In this document: one piece after another, positions 1 through 8,944 of the stretch
How the letters are laid out: each line of letters opens with the position of its first letter
Numbering within the stretch: position 1 is the stretch's first letter
Source of the DNA: Dehalococcoidia bacterium
Lineage (GTDB): Bacteria > Chloroflexota > Dehalococcoidia > Bin125
Assembly (NCBI GenBank): GCA_963663235.2
Contig: CAXXNO010000006.1
Span: 128,001 to 192,000, forward strand
Reading direction: 5' to 3'
DNA length: 64,000 nt
Position numbers and translations under genes: made by a program
The notes under the pieces: model-generated
The model's input: only the letters and a program-made list of their open reading frames with translations
The model's database searches: none
What the model was told of the DNA's origin: nothing

Positions 1-127
1 CCTCGACCTCGACGAAGAGGTCGTAGTTGTGGCCGTGGATGGGCTCGATCTCATCGGCGAAGGTGGCGAAGTGGCCCGCGGCGAAGCGCAGGCGGTTGCG
101 CTCGATGGTGACGCGGTGGGGGCTCAG
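1..127 (-). CDS. 6-pyruvoyl-tetrahydropterin synthase / QueD family protein, 5' part (truncated by window edge)
   Basis: Manual translation (L/M)SPHRVTIERNRLRFAAGHFATFADEIEPIHGHNYDLFVEVE contains the F-x-A-x-H and HGHNY motifs of PTPS/QueD; SD AAGGAGG lies 6 nt upstream of a CTG at 127. Confidence 0.85.
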   Translation of the reverse strand, partial: MSPHRVTIERNRLRFAAGHFATFADEIEPIHGHNYDLFVEVE

Positions 128-189
128 GGGTCGCCTCCTTTGGCTGCCCGCTCAGGCTAGAGAGGGGTCGGGGGCCGGACAACCTCAGG

Positions 190-520
190 GGAGGGAGGGG
201 GAACCTCACCCTTCCGCTGTGCGAAGGGCGCAAGCGCCCCCGCCCCTCCTTCGGCACGGCTCAGGACAGGCCCGCTCCATCGCAAGCGATGGAGCGGGGG
301 AGGAGAAGGGAAGGGAAGGGGCGACCTCACCCTTCCGCTGTGCGAAGGGCGCAAGCGCCCCCGGCCCACCTTCGAAACGACTCAGGACAGGCCTTCTCCA
401 TCGGCAAGCGGTGGAGAAGGGAAGGGAAGGAGACAGCACTCACCTCTGCCCCCTTCGACTTGCTCGCGGCTCGCTGGGGGGAGGCCCTTCGACTCGCCTG
501 CGGCTCGCTCAGGACAGGAA
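190..520. repeat. REP/BIME-like mosaic palindromic repeat cluster
   Basis: Modules CCTCACCCTTCCGCTGTGCGAAGGGCGCAAGCGCCCC (x2), CTTCGACTCGCCTGCGGCTCGCTCAGGACAGG and CTCCATCG(G)CAAGCGATGGAG recur at many other intergenic sites. Confidence 0.9.
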
Positions 521-576
521 ACTGACGCTGGTGGCGACCTCGGGGCTGGGAGCGGGGTCGTGTGGTTGGGGACGGG

Positions 577-607
577 TCGACAAATACATCGGATACAGAT
601 GTATAAG
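577..607 (+). promoter_or_regulatory. Probable promoter and palindromic operator upstream of the PadR gene
   Basis: Perfect inverted repeat ATACATC-N7-GATGTAT (584-604) in an AT-rich island, overlapping TCGACA...TATAAG promoter-like hexamers. Confidence 0.65.
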
Positions 608-641
608 TATGTGATGATTCGAATGGGAACGGAAAGGTGAG

Positions 642-1088
642 GTGATGTCGATGGCGGACTTGCGGGACCCGGAGCACTGGGAGACCGCAATCGCGCGGGC
701 GGCGGGGCGGATGTTCCTGCTGGCGGCGCTAGTGGACGAGCCCGGCCATGGGTACGGCATTGCGGGGCGGATCCGGGAGATGTGCGACGGCTGCTGTGAC
801 CCTTCGGACGCCATGATCTACCCGGGGCTTCATGACTTGGAGGCGGCGGGGCTTATCGCCTGCCAGCGGGAGACAAATGGTGCGCGGGTGCGAAATGTCT
901 GTATGCTCACAGGCAAGGGCCACGAGGCGCTGCACACAGCAGCGCACGCCTGGGCGCGGCATCTGCCGGCGATCGAACGGGTAATCGCAATGGCGGGTGT
1001 GCGTGGCTCCGAGGAGGGCGCGGCGTGTTGTGCGGCCGAGAGCGAGATGGCTGGAGCACGCGAAGGAGGACCGAGATGGGCAAGATGA
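642..1088 (+). CDS. PadR family transcriptional regulator (Cys-rich variant)
   Basis: LLAAL..EPGHGYGIA..I, IYPGLHDLEAAGLI and LTGKG PadR signature; extra CDGCC and CC motifs. Confidence 0.9.
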   Translation: MMSMADLRDPEHWETAIARAAGRMFLLAALVDEPGHGYGIAGRIREMCDGCCDPSDAMIYPGLHDLEAAGLIACQRETNGARVRNVCMLTGKGHEALHTAAHAWARHLPAIERVIAMAGVRGSEEGAACCAAESEMAGAREGGPRWAR

Positions 1089-1360
1089 CGAAGGTATTCG
1101 CCGGCAGCAAGATCAGCCAGCGGTCGCGGGAGCGGTACGGCGAGGACGCGTCCGAGAAATCGGACGAGGAGAAGAAGGCCGAGAAGGAGCGCGACGCCAG
1201 CGCGGGCGGCGGGATGACCACGCTGGACATCATGGTGCGCCGGGCCCAAGAGCGGGAGGCGAGAAGCGGGAATTCGGCGGTGGCTAGCACGTTCGCCGAC
1301 GACGCGGTCAAGGACGCGGTCCGCGACCATCACGGCGCGGAAGCCGGATGGACGCAGTGA
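1076..1360 (+). CDS. Hypothetical small charged protein
   Basis: SD AAGGAGG before ATG 1076; overlaps the PadR stop, and its TGA overlaps the GTG of the next gene. Confidence 0.7.
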   Translation: MGKMTKVFAGSKISQRSRERYGEDASEKSDEEKKAEKERDASAGGGMTTLDIMVRRAQEREARSGNSAVASTFADDAVKDAVRDHHGAEAGWTQ

Positions 1361-2061
1361 CCAGCGGCAGCGACGTCCAAGCGACGCTCGAACTGCGGAA
1401 GCCGCCGGTGGCGATTGGGTACTTCGCCGAGCCGCCGGCGGGAGTGGCGAAGTACGGCGCGGGGCCGACGCCGGCGGGCTGCGTGTACTGGCAAATCGCG
1501 CAAGAAGGAGAGTCGTTCTACACGGAGCCGTCGGACCACTACGGCTGCGCCGTGGGGGCGTACACGCATGGCATCGATCTGCCGACGGCACGGGCGGAGG
1601 AGCTGCCCGAGACAATCGCGTTCATGATTGAACAGAAGTACCTGGCGCCGGCGGATGTCGAGTCGATCCCAGTGCTGCCGGAGACGCCACGGTACGTGGC
1701 GTACGGACCGGCGGACGCGGGAGCGTTTGAGCCGAGCGTGGTGATGGTGGCGGCGGAGCCGGCGCAGGCGATGCTGCTGTACGAGGCGGCGCTGCGGGCG
1801 GGCGCGGGCGCGATGGTGGCGAGCATCGCGGGGCGGCCGGGGTGCGCGATCGAGCCGCTGACGGTGCGATCCGGGAAGGTGACGCTCTCGCTGGGATGCA
1901 AGGGGAACCGGACGTTCACGGGGCTGCCGGACGGGGAGCTGTACGTGAGCGTGCCGGGTGAGCAGTGGGCGGCGGTGGCCGCGGCGCTGGGGGAGATCGT
2001 CGAGGCGAACCGGTCAATGGGGGAGCACTACCAAGGGAAGCTGGAGGAGGGGCGGGGGTAG
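1357..2061 (+). CDS. DUF169 (COG2043) family protein
   Basis: L.LRKPPVAI, GC..W, GCAVGAY..G, RPGCA and SLGCKGNRTFTGL...EL...VP motifs typical of DUF169. Confidence 0.85.
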   Translation: MTSGSDVQATLELRKPPVAIGYFAEPPAGVAKYGAGPTPAGCVYWQIAQEGESFYTEPSDHYGCAVGAYTHGIDLPTARAEELPETIAFMIEQKYLAPADVESIPVLPETPRYVAYGPADAGAFEPSVVMVAAEPAQAMLLYEAALRAGAGAMVASIAGRPGCAIEPLTVRSGKVTLSLGCKGNRTFTGLPDGELYVSVPGEQWAAVAAALGEIVEANRSMGEHYQGKLEEGRG

Positions 2062-2200
2062 GGCCGGGCGCCATTTCGTGGTCGGCGGGGATTTTCTTTT
2101 GTGTCTCGTGCGCGCCCCTTGGGGCGACGCGGCTCCAGATGGCGGCCGCGTCGTTTCGGGTTTCGGCTGAGGTGAGGGCGACAGAAAGGGCATCGAGGGC

Positions 2201-2267
2201 GGGCCGGACAGCCAGGGGCCGGCCAGGGGCCGGACAGCCAGGGGCCGGACAGCCAGGGGCCGGACAG
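2201..2267. repeat. 15-bp tandem repeat (GGGCCGGACAGCCAG)
   Basis: Three full and two partial units read directly. Confidence 0.85.
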
Positions 2268-2338
2268 GAAGCGGCGGCCTCTGGACAGGGGTGGGGCTGG
2301 TTGTTGCTGGGACGTTGCGGGTGTAGGTCTGTCCCTGG

Positions 2339-3580
2339 TGACCTGCCCCCGATCGTTGTACCAGTCGTTAAGTGAGTCCGATCGCCGGGACGCGCGTCAT
2401 GGGACGTTCCCGGGGTTGCTGCGTTTCCGGGGCGGGGGGGCGGGAGCCGAGGGCACGGTGGGGGCGGATCGGGTTGTCCTCCCGCCGCCAGCCCTTGATG
2501 AGGATCTGGGCTTCCAGCAGGGTGTCGAAGCGCTCGCGATTGAGGCACGCGTCGCGCAGCTTGCCGTTGAACGATTCCCCAGAGCCGTTCGCCCAAGGCC
2601 TGCCCGGTTCGATGAAGCGGGTCGTGCCCCCGACCCGGTGCAGCCAGTCCCGCACCGCGGTGGCGGTGCACGCCGGGCCGTTGGCGGACCGCAGAAACGT
2701 CGGCGGCCCGCGCTCGACGAACAGCTGGGCCAACCGCGCCAGGCCGACGTCGCGGCGCCGTCGGCGGGCGACGTCGAGACGCAGGCCCTCGCGGGTGGTC
2801 CTCATCCACGAGGGCGAGGATCCGCACCGGGCGCCCATCGGCGGTGCGGTCGAAGACGAAGGCGTCGGACCAGACGTGGGACGGCCGCTCGGCCCGCCGC
2901 CGCACCAGCGAGCCGGCCGCGAGCCAGCGGCGGCCCCGTTGGGGGTGCTTCCCGGGGACCCGCCAGCCTTCCTGACGCCAGCGCCGCTCGACCCGCTTGG
3001 GGTTCACCCGCCAGCCCGCCTGGCGCAGCCGGGCCGTGATGCGACGGGAGCCGTAGCGGCCGCAGCGGGTGGCCAGCGCGACGCTGCGCGCGATCAGCGC
3101 CGGCGCATCCGGGGACGGCCGGGGCACGTCGCGCTGTGTCGCCCGCGCCTGGCCGGTGACCGGGCAGGCCCGCCGCTCCGCCACCGCGTACGGGTCCGTG
3201 CGGTAGGATGTCACCCGGCGCCGCTTGGCCGGGCTCAGAAGTTTCCCGCTGCGACGTCCCGCACCATCGCGTTGGCCAGCGCCTGATCGGCCACCACCCG
3301 CTTCAGCCGACTGTTCTCGCGCTCCCGTTCTTTCAGCCGCTTGGCCTGGTCGACCCGCAACCCCCCGTCCTCCCGCCGCCAGCGGTAATACGTTGGCTCG
3401 GCCGCGCCGAGGCGGCGCGCGACCGGCGCGACCGATTCCCCCTGCGCGAGCACCACCTCCGCCTCCCGCAGGTTGCCGATGATCTCCTCGGCCGCGTACC
3501 GCTTGCGTGCCATGCCGACTCCCTTCGCACCGGCCCGAATCCTCGCACAGGATCTGGACCGGTTCTGGGGGGGCAGGTCA
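2339..3580 (-). mobile_element. IS3 family (IS407-like group) insertion sequence, degenerate copy 1
   Basis: 1242 bp; terminal IRs TGACCTGCCCCC...GGGGGCAGGTCA; orfA MARKRYAAEEII...AAGNF at 3235-3513; integrase-core orfB remnants (ESFNGKLRD, RPH.ALG). Confidence 0.95.
2368..3238 (-). pseudogene. IS3 OrfB DDE transposase, frameshifted with catalytic Asp residues lost
   Basis: WSDAF and RSANGPAC replace the conserved WSYDF and RSDNGPEF; +1 frameshift near 2797. Confidence 0.9.
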
Positions 3581-3745
3581 TCTTCTCCCCCCTCTCCATC
3601 GCTTGTCGATGGAGAGGGGGCCAGGGGGTGAGGTTCCATCGCTCGCCGATGGAGAGAGCCTGTCCTGAGCGAGCCGCAGGCGAGTCGAAGGAGGGCCAAG
3701 GGGCGCTTGCGCCCTTCGCACAGCGCAAGGGTGAGGTCATCCCTC
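3581..3745. repeat. REP-like composite unit (~160 bp)
   Basis: Reverse complement is near-identical to 21055-21215. Confidence 0.9.
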
Positions 3746-3809
3746 GCTCCCGTTGACCCCTCCCCACCCCCCACCTAGCCTGACACCGACCCCACGATGG
3801 GAGACGCAC

Positions 3810-4490
3810 ATGATCAAGACCGCCGCCTTCTTCAAGCGCACGCCCGGCATATCCGTCGAGGCCTTCGCCGACTACTGGCTCAACACCCACGCCGGCATCG
3901 TCGTGCGCATGCCCGGCATCCGCCGCTACGTCCAGTCCCACACCCTGCGCTCCGGCTACCGCAAGGGCGAGCCCGTCTACGACGGCGTCGCCGAGCTCTG
4001 GTTCGATGACATGGCGGCCGTCCGCGCCATGTCCAACACCCCCGAGTACGCCGCCGTCAAAGCCGACGAGCCCAACTTCATCGACCCCGCCACCATCGAC
4101 ACCATCATCACCGAAGAGCACATCATCAAGGACGGCCCCATCCCGCCCGACGGCGTCAAGAACATCGAGTTCGTCACCCACAAGCCGGACATGCCCATCG
4201 ACGCCTTCCAGCGCCACTGGCGCGAAGTGCACGGCCCCCTCGGCGCCGCCATCCCCGTCGTCCGCCGCTACGTCCAGAGCCACACCCGACTCGGCATCTA
4301 CGACAGCGGCCGCACCCCCGCCTACGACGGCCTGGCCATCACCTGGTTCGACGACACCCAGGCCATGCGCGTCTCCGCCACCACCCCCGAGTACGATCGC
4401 ACCCGCGCCGACGAGTCCAACTTCCTCGCCGGCGAGCTCTCCTTCATCATCACCAAGGAGCACGTCATCGTCGACGACGGCGAACGCTGA
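3810..4490 (+). CDS. EthD domain protein (two tandem EthD domains)
   Basis: Twice-repeated PG/DM..EAF..YW...H...RRYVQSH...YDG.A..WFDD...DE.NF pattern. Confidence 0.92.
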   Translation: MIKTAAFFKRTPGISVEAFADYWLNTHAGIVVRMPGIRRYVQSHTLRSGYRKGEPVYDGVAELWFDDMAAVRAMSNTPEYAAVKADEPNFIDPATIDTIITEEHIIKDGPIPPDGVKNIEFVTHKPDMPIDAFQRHWREVHGPLGAAIPVVRRYVQSHTRLGIYDSGRTPAYDGLAITWFDDTQAMRVSATTPEYDRTRADESNFLAGELSFIITKEHVIVDDGER

Positions 4491-4521
4491 CGAACCCCCT
4501 CGCCCTGAGTTTGTCGACGCA

Positions 4522-5280
4522 TCAACCCCCACCCGCCAGCCCGGGGGCGAGCCCCGGTTCCCAGATCACCGCGATCGCCAAGGCGAAAGCCGCGACCGCG
4601 ACGCCTCGCCCGAACTGCTCCCCTCGCGACCAATGCTTCTCGACTGCCACCACCGCCGCCAGCCCCACCATGGCCCACAGGTTCATCACGCCGAACGCGG
4701 CCATCAACGCCATCAACGACCAGCAACACGCCAGGCAGAACCATCCGTTGTGCGCGCCCGCGCGCAGATCGCGCAGCGCGCCTCGATACGATGCCACTTC
4801 GAAGATCTGCCCGATCGGTGAGCGGCAGTGTTGCAAGCATCGGGACTTCAGCGGTGTGAGCTGATAGACGCCGCACGCAGCGAAGATGCCGGCTGCGGCG
4901 ACCGTGCCGATGGCGGGCGCTGCAGCCGCGGCCTCGCCCGCCGCCCAGGCGATTCCAAACGCGGGTACGCCCGTCGCCCCCCACACCAGCAGGTACCCGA
5001 TGGCGAAGAGCAGCAGGCGTGGGGTCCGATTCGACACCACCGTCCGCGAGTACATCGACGCAAACGGCGCCGCCGACGGCAGCATCATCGCCGTCATCAT
5101 CAGCCCCCACATCACCGCAAAGGCGATGAAGTCCATGCCCATGGTGCCCGGCATGACGCCCATGTCGCGCGCCTGATCCACCGTCCACAGCCAGGCCAGC
5201 CCCGCGACTAGCAGCAGGGCCAGGACCTGCGGACGCAGCCACCGCCCGCCACGTGTCGAGGAGGTGGCTACGCGCTCCAT
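4522..5280 (-). CDS. DUF2182 predicted metal-binding integral membrane protein
   Basis: MW.LMMTAMMLPSAAP, YQLTPLK..CL.HCRSP, CLACCWSLM and GVMNL motifs. Confidence 0.92.
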   Translation of the reverse strand: MERVATSSTRGGRWLRPQVLALLLVAGLAWLWTVDQARDMGVMPGTMGMDFIAFAVMWGLMMTAMMLPSAAPFASMYSRTVVSNRTPRLLLFAIGYLLVWGATGVPAFGIAWAAGEAAAAAPAIGTVAAAGIFAACGVYQLTPLKSRCLQHCRSPIGQIFEVASYRGALRDLRAGAHNGWFCLACCWSLMALMAAFGVMNLWAMVGLAAVVAVEKHWSRGEQFGRGVAVAAFALAIAVIWEPGLAPGLAGGG

Positions 5281-5881
5281 GAGAAGGGGGCCCAATGCCC
5301 GTTCTTGCCGCTGTTGTCCCACTCCATGCCGAACGCTTTCACTCGGGACCGCTCGGCCCTGGCGATCGTCAACGTTGAGTTCGCCTGGTGGAACAGGTAC
5401 ACGCCCGTCACCTTGGAAACCTCGCCACCCGGCGTCTGCGGCGGGACGAAATCCTCGATCTCAATATCGATTGCATCCCCCACTTTGACGCGATGCCGGC
5501 GGCCTTCGTTCGTGTACTCGATTCGGGCCTGCTCCACTCCCAGTATCTCGCCGACCAGCGGATGCACCGCTGCCATCGGCCCGCCCAACTGACCCCCGAA
5601 CACGCGCCCCAGCGCCTCCGCCTGCTCCGAGGAGGCCCCGTCGTCCAGGATCAGCCCCACGCGCCAGTCACCGTCCGCCATCACCTTGGGCGTATCGGCA
5701 ACGATGACCACGCTGCGGTCGCTCACGTCCACCCTTCCACCTCGCCGGAGTCGACGTGAAACGCGAGCAGGACATGGCACCGCTCGTTGTCGGCGGGCGC
5801 CGTCAGCGCTGATGTGGTGCAAGGACACACGACGTCGCAGTTACAGTTCTCGAAGTAACTGCCATCCAGTTTCCACGTCAC
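5268..5881 (-). pseudogene. DUF1326 family protein, copy with a -1 frameshift (possible sequencing error)
   Basis: Paralogue of 6134-6742; GAAGGGTGGAC versus GAAGGGGTGGAC at about 5733. Confidence 0.8.
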
Positions 5882-5964
5882 GGTCTCACCGCCTTTCGTC
5901 GGGGTGGAAGGTTATTGATCTCGTTCGAGTGCTGTCAAACGATCCGGATCTCTGGGGCCAGGAG

Positions 5965-6088
5965 GCGAGGTCACTCCCTTCTCCTCCCCCTCTCCATCCT
6001 TCCCACCGGGGAAGGATGGAGAGGGCCTGTCCTGAGCGAGCCGCAGGCGAGTCGAAGAGCCTGTCCTGAGCTTGTCGAAGGGAGGGCC
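5965..6088. repeat. REP-like cluster between the duplicated DUF1326 units
   Basis: CTCTCCATCCTTCCC..GGGAAGGATGGAGAG hairpin plus CCTGTCCTGAGC...GTCGAAG modules. Confidence 0.9.
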
Positions 6089-6133
6089 GGACCTGCGGAC
6101 GCAGCCACAGTCCGCCGCGTACCGAGGAGGCGG

Positions 6134-6742
6134 CTACGCGCTCCATGAGAAGGGGGCCGAATGTCCGTTCTTCCCGCTGTTGTCCCACTCCATGCCGAAC
6201 GCCTTCACGCGGGACCGCTCGGCTTTAGCGATCGTCAGAGTCGAGTTCGCCATATGGACCATGCCTGTCAACTTGGAAACCTCGCCTCCGGGCGTCTGCG
6301 GCGGTACGAAATCCTCGATCTCGATGTCGATGGCATCCCCCACTTTGATGCGATGCCGGCGGCCTTCGTTTGCGTACTCGATTCGGGCCTGCTCCACTCC
6401 CAGCATCTCGCCGACCAACGGATGCACCGCTGCCATCGGCCCGCCCAACTGGCCCCCGAACACGCGCCCGAGCGCCTCCGCCTGCTCCGAGGAGGCGCCG
6501 TCGTCCAGGATCAGCCCCACGCGCCAGCCACCGTCCGCCATCACCTTGGGCGTATCGGCAACGATGACCACGGTGCGATCGCTCACGTCCACCCCTTCCA
6601 CCTCGCCGGCGTCGACGTGAAACGCGAGCAGGACCTGGCACCGCTCGTTGTCGGCGGGCGCCGTCAGCCCCGATGTCACACAGGGACACACCACGTCGCA
6701 GTTACAGTTCTCGAAGTAACTGCCATCCAGTTTCCACGTCAC
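6134..6742 (-). CDS. DUF1326 family protein
   Basis: W.L.G.YFENCNCDVVCPC, C...LAFHVD.G, and C-terminal GKNGHSAPFSWS; family neighbour of DUF2182. Confidence 0.92.
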   Translation of the reverse strand: MTWKLDGSYFENCNCDVVCPCVTSGLTAPADNERCQVLLAFHVDAGEVEGVDVSDRTVVIVADTPKVMADGGWRVGLILDDGASSEQAEALGRVFGGQLGGPMAAVHPLVGEMLGVEQARIEYANEGRRHRIKVGDAIDIEIEDFVPPQTPGGEVSKLTGMVHMANSTLTIAKAERSRVKAFGMEWDNSGKNGHSAPFSWSA

Positions 6743-6826
6743 GGGCTCACCGCCTTTCGTCGAGGTGGAAGGGTATCGATCTCATTCAAGTGCTGTCAAA
6801 CGATCCGCATCTCCGGGCACCCGCCC

Positions 6827-8014
6827 CTACTCCCGCGGCAGCCCCAGCCCTCGCTGCGCGATGATGTTCCGCTGGATCTCGCTCGTCCCCGCCGCGATCG
6901 CGTACGTCGTCGTCCCCATGTAGCCCAGCGGCAGCGCCCCGTACAGCGGCGGGTCCGCCGCCGACCCCCGCAGCAGCGCCCCGCCCAACCCCAGCATGTT
7001 CGTCCCGAATCCCGTGATCGCGCACGCCAGCTCCGACCCGAACACCTTCGCCATCGACGCCTCTGCGTTCGGCACCTGCCCCTGCGACTGCATCCACCCC
7101 ACCCGATACGCCAGCAGCCGCGACGCCTCCACTCCAATCCACAACTCCGCCAGTCGTTCCCGCACGATCGCGCGGTTCATCCCGCTCGGCTTCTCGCGTG
7201 CGTACCCGATCATCTCCTCCAGGATCCGCTTGCTCCACGCCACCCGCGAGATCCCGCTGCGCTCATAGTCCAGCGTCGTCGCCGCCACGTACCAGCCCCG
7301 GTTCTCCTCCCCCACCAGGTTCCGCACTGGTACCCGCACATCCTCCATCCACACCTCGTTGAAGGCGTGCGCCTCCAGCATGTTGATGATCGGCTTCACC
7401 GTGATCCCCGGTGAGCGCATGTCCATCAAGAGGTAGGAAATCCCTTTGTGCTTGGGCGCTTCTGGATCGGTGCGAACCAACAGCATGCACCAGTCCGCCC
7501 GATGCGCCCCGCTGGTCCAGATCTTCTGGCCGTTCACCACGTAGTCGTCTCCGTCGCGCACCGCCCGCGTCTGCAACGACGCCAGGTCCGACCCGCTCCC
7601 CGGCTCCGAGAACCCCTGGCACCAGACCTCATCGCCCGCCGCGATCGCGGGCAGATGCTCCTGCTTCAGCTCTTCGCTCCCCCAGTGCATCAGCGTCGGC
7701 CCCGCCATCGACACCGCCATCAGCGTCCCCACGCCCGTCGGCGCCGCGTGGTACCCCGTCTCCTCGTTGTAGATCACCTGCTGCATCACGCTGACCCCGC
7801 GGCCCCCGTACTCCTCCGGCCAGTGCATCGTCAGCCAGCCGCGGGCCGCCAGCTTCTTCACGAACCGCCGCGACGCATCCGCGTACTGGGATCCCTCCGT
7901 CTCCCGGTCGCTCTGCAGCTGCCAATGATCGGCCGGCAGCTCCTCCCGCAAGAACTCCCGGATCTCCTCCCGGAACGCCTCTTCCTCTGGGGTGAACTTG
8001 AACTCAATCGTCAT
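6827..8014 (-). CDS. Acyl-CoA dehydrogenase family protein
   Basis: WCQGFSEPGSGSDLASL, VNGQKIWTS and IAAGTSEIQRNIIA; SD GGAGG before ATG 8014. Confidence 0.96.
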   Translation of the reverse strand: MTIEFKFTPEEEAFREEIREFLREELPADHWQLQSDRETEGSQYADASRRFVKKLAARGWLTMHWPEEYGGRGVSVMQQVIYNEETGYHAAPTGVGTLMAVSMAGPTLMHWGSEELKQEHLPAIAAGDEVWCQGFSEPGSGSDLASLQTRAVRDGDDYVVNGQKIWTSGAHRADWCMLLVRTDPEAPKHKGISYLLMDMRSPGITVKPIINMLEAHAFNEVWMEDVRVPVRNLVGEENRGWYVAATTLDYERSGISRVAWSKRILEEMIGYAREKPSGMNRAIVRERLAELWIGVEASRLLAYRVGWMQSQGQVPNAEASMAKVFGSELACAITGFGTNMLGLGGALLRGSAADPPLYGALPLGYMGTTTYAIAAGTSEIQRNIIAQRGLGLPRE

Positions 8015-8942
8015 GTTGGACCTCCGTCTCGGCCGCTGCGTCCCTAGGACCACCGAGCCCATAGGCGACGTGCGCTCTCTCGAACAACCGCCTCAGGAGC
8101 GGTAGATGTTCGCTGAATTCATTCGTGTGTATTTGGAATCTGACCCTCGCCTTGTCTCTCGAATAGTGCAGAAGCACAAAGCCAACTTCCTCGATCTCCC
8201 TCTCGGCCTTCTCTTTGTCGGTCGTCCGAGCGGTCACTTCCAGCCATCTCTTCTTTGGTCTGAACCTCACGAAATGAGCGGGACGATTGTTCACCGTCAG
8301 GCCGATGAAGTGTCGGTTGTAACGCAAGGATGCTCCTGGCTCGATCTCGTGCACCAACTCAAGACATCGATCGGTCAGTTTGAGTGTGGCGACACTCCCG
8401 AGCTTTTCCCAGTACGCACGATCGGCGGGCTGCTCGGGCTCCTCATCTTCGGTTGGCCCAATCTCAAATTCATCCAAGACCTTCGTGAAGGTCAGAAGGA
8501 TCTGGCTATCAACCTTCAACGCTTTCATCTGGATCGCGATCAGCGGCACGGTGCGATTGAACAACTGGATCACATTGATGAATCGGCTCGTGATCTCTTC
8601 GGCGACGATCACCGCACAGTGGTCGTAGTGCGGGAACCGTCGTCGCTCGACGTCCCAATATTCCAGCGTGCGGATGATGTGGCTCTCGTCAACGGCCCCG
8701 AGCATCAGCTCCATTTCGTATCGCCGATTGCCTTCATCGTCGATCAGGAGCAGATCCAGGCGCCCACCACCCGGGATCGGTTTCTCCGTCGCCACCAACC
8801 GCAACTCACCCAGCCCGAGGATCTGCGGTTCCTCGGCGATTTGCTCCTGCACCCACTTCTCGTTGAACTGCGTGTGCCCCTTGAGTGAGACGACCTCGTG
8901 CTTCGTATAGGTCAGCTGCTCTGGAAACGGCCCGCTCGTCAT
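8004..8942 (-). CDS. PD-(D/E)xK nuclease-like protein (NucS/restriction endonuclease-like N-terminal domain)
   Basis: E..VQE.IAE.P.ILGLG, GRLDLLLID, YEMELMLG..DESHIIR.LEYW and AVIVAE; visibly lower GC than neighbours. Confidence 0.7.
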   Translation of the reverse strand: MTSGPFPEQLTYTKHEVVSLKGHTQFNEKWVQEQIAEEPQILGLGELRLVATEKPIPGGGRLDLLLIDDEGNRRYEMELMLGAVDESHIIRTLEYWDVERRRFPHYDHCAVIVAEEITSRFINVIQLFNRTVPLIAIQMKALKVDSQILLTFTKVLDEFEIGPTEDEEPEQPADRAYWEKLGSVATLKLTDRCLELVHEIEPGASLRYNRHFIGLTVNNRPAHFVRFRPKKRWLEVTARTTDKEKAEREIEEVGFVLLHYSRDKARVRFQIHTNEFSEHLPLLRRLFERAHVAYGLGGPRDAAAETEVQHDD

Positions 8943-8944
8943 CC

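Noticed and set aside
27-614. ORFs spanning repeat clusters (e.g. 27-614, 14396-14791, 16339-17214, 21654-22778)
   Set aside because: They translate the REP modules (PFDSPAARSGQ, SPFRCAKGASAP peptides recur) and lack an RBS or family motifs
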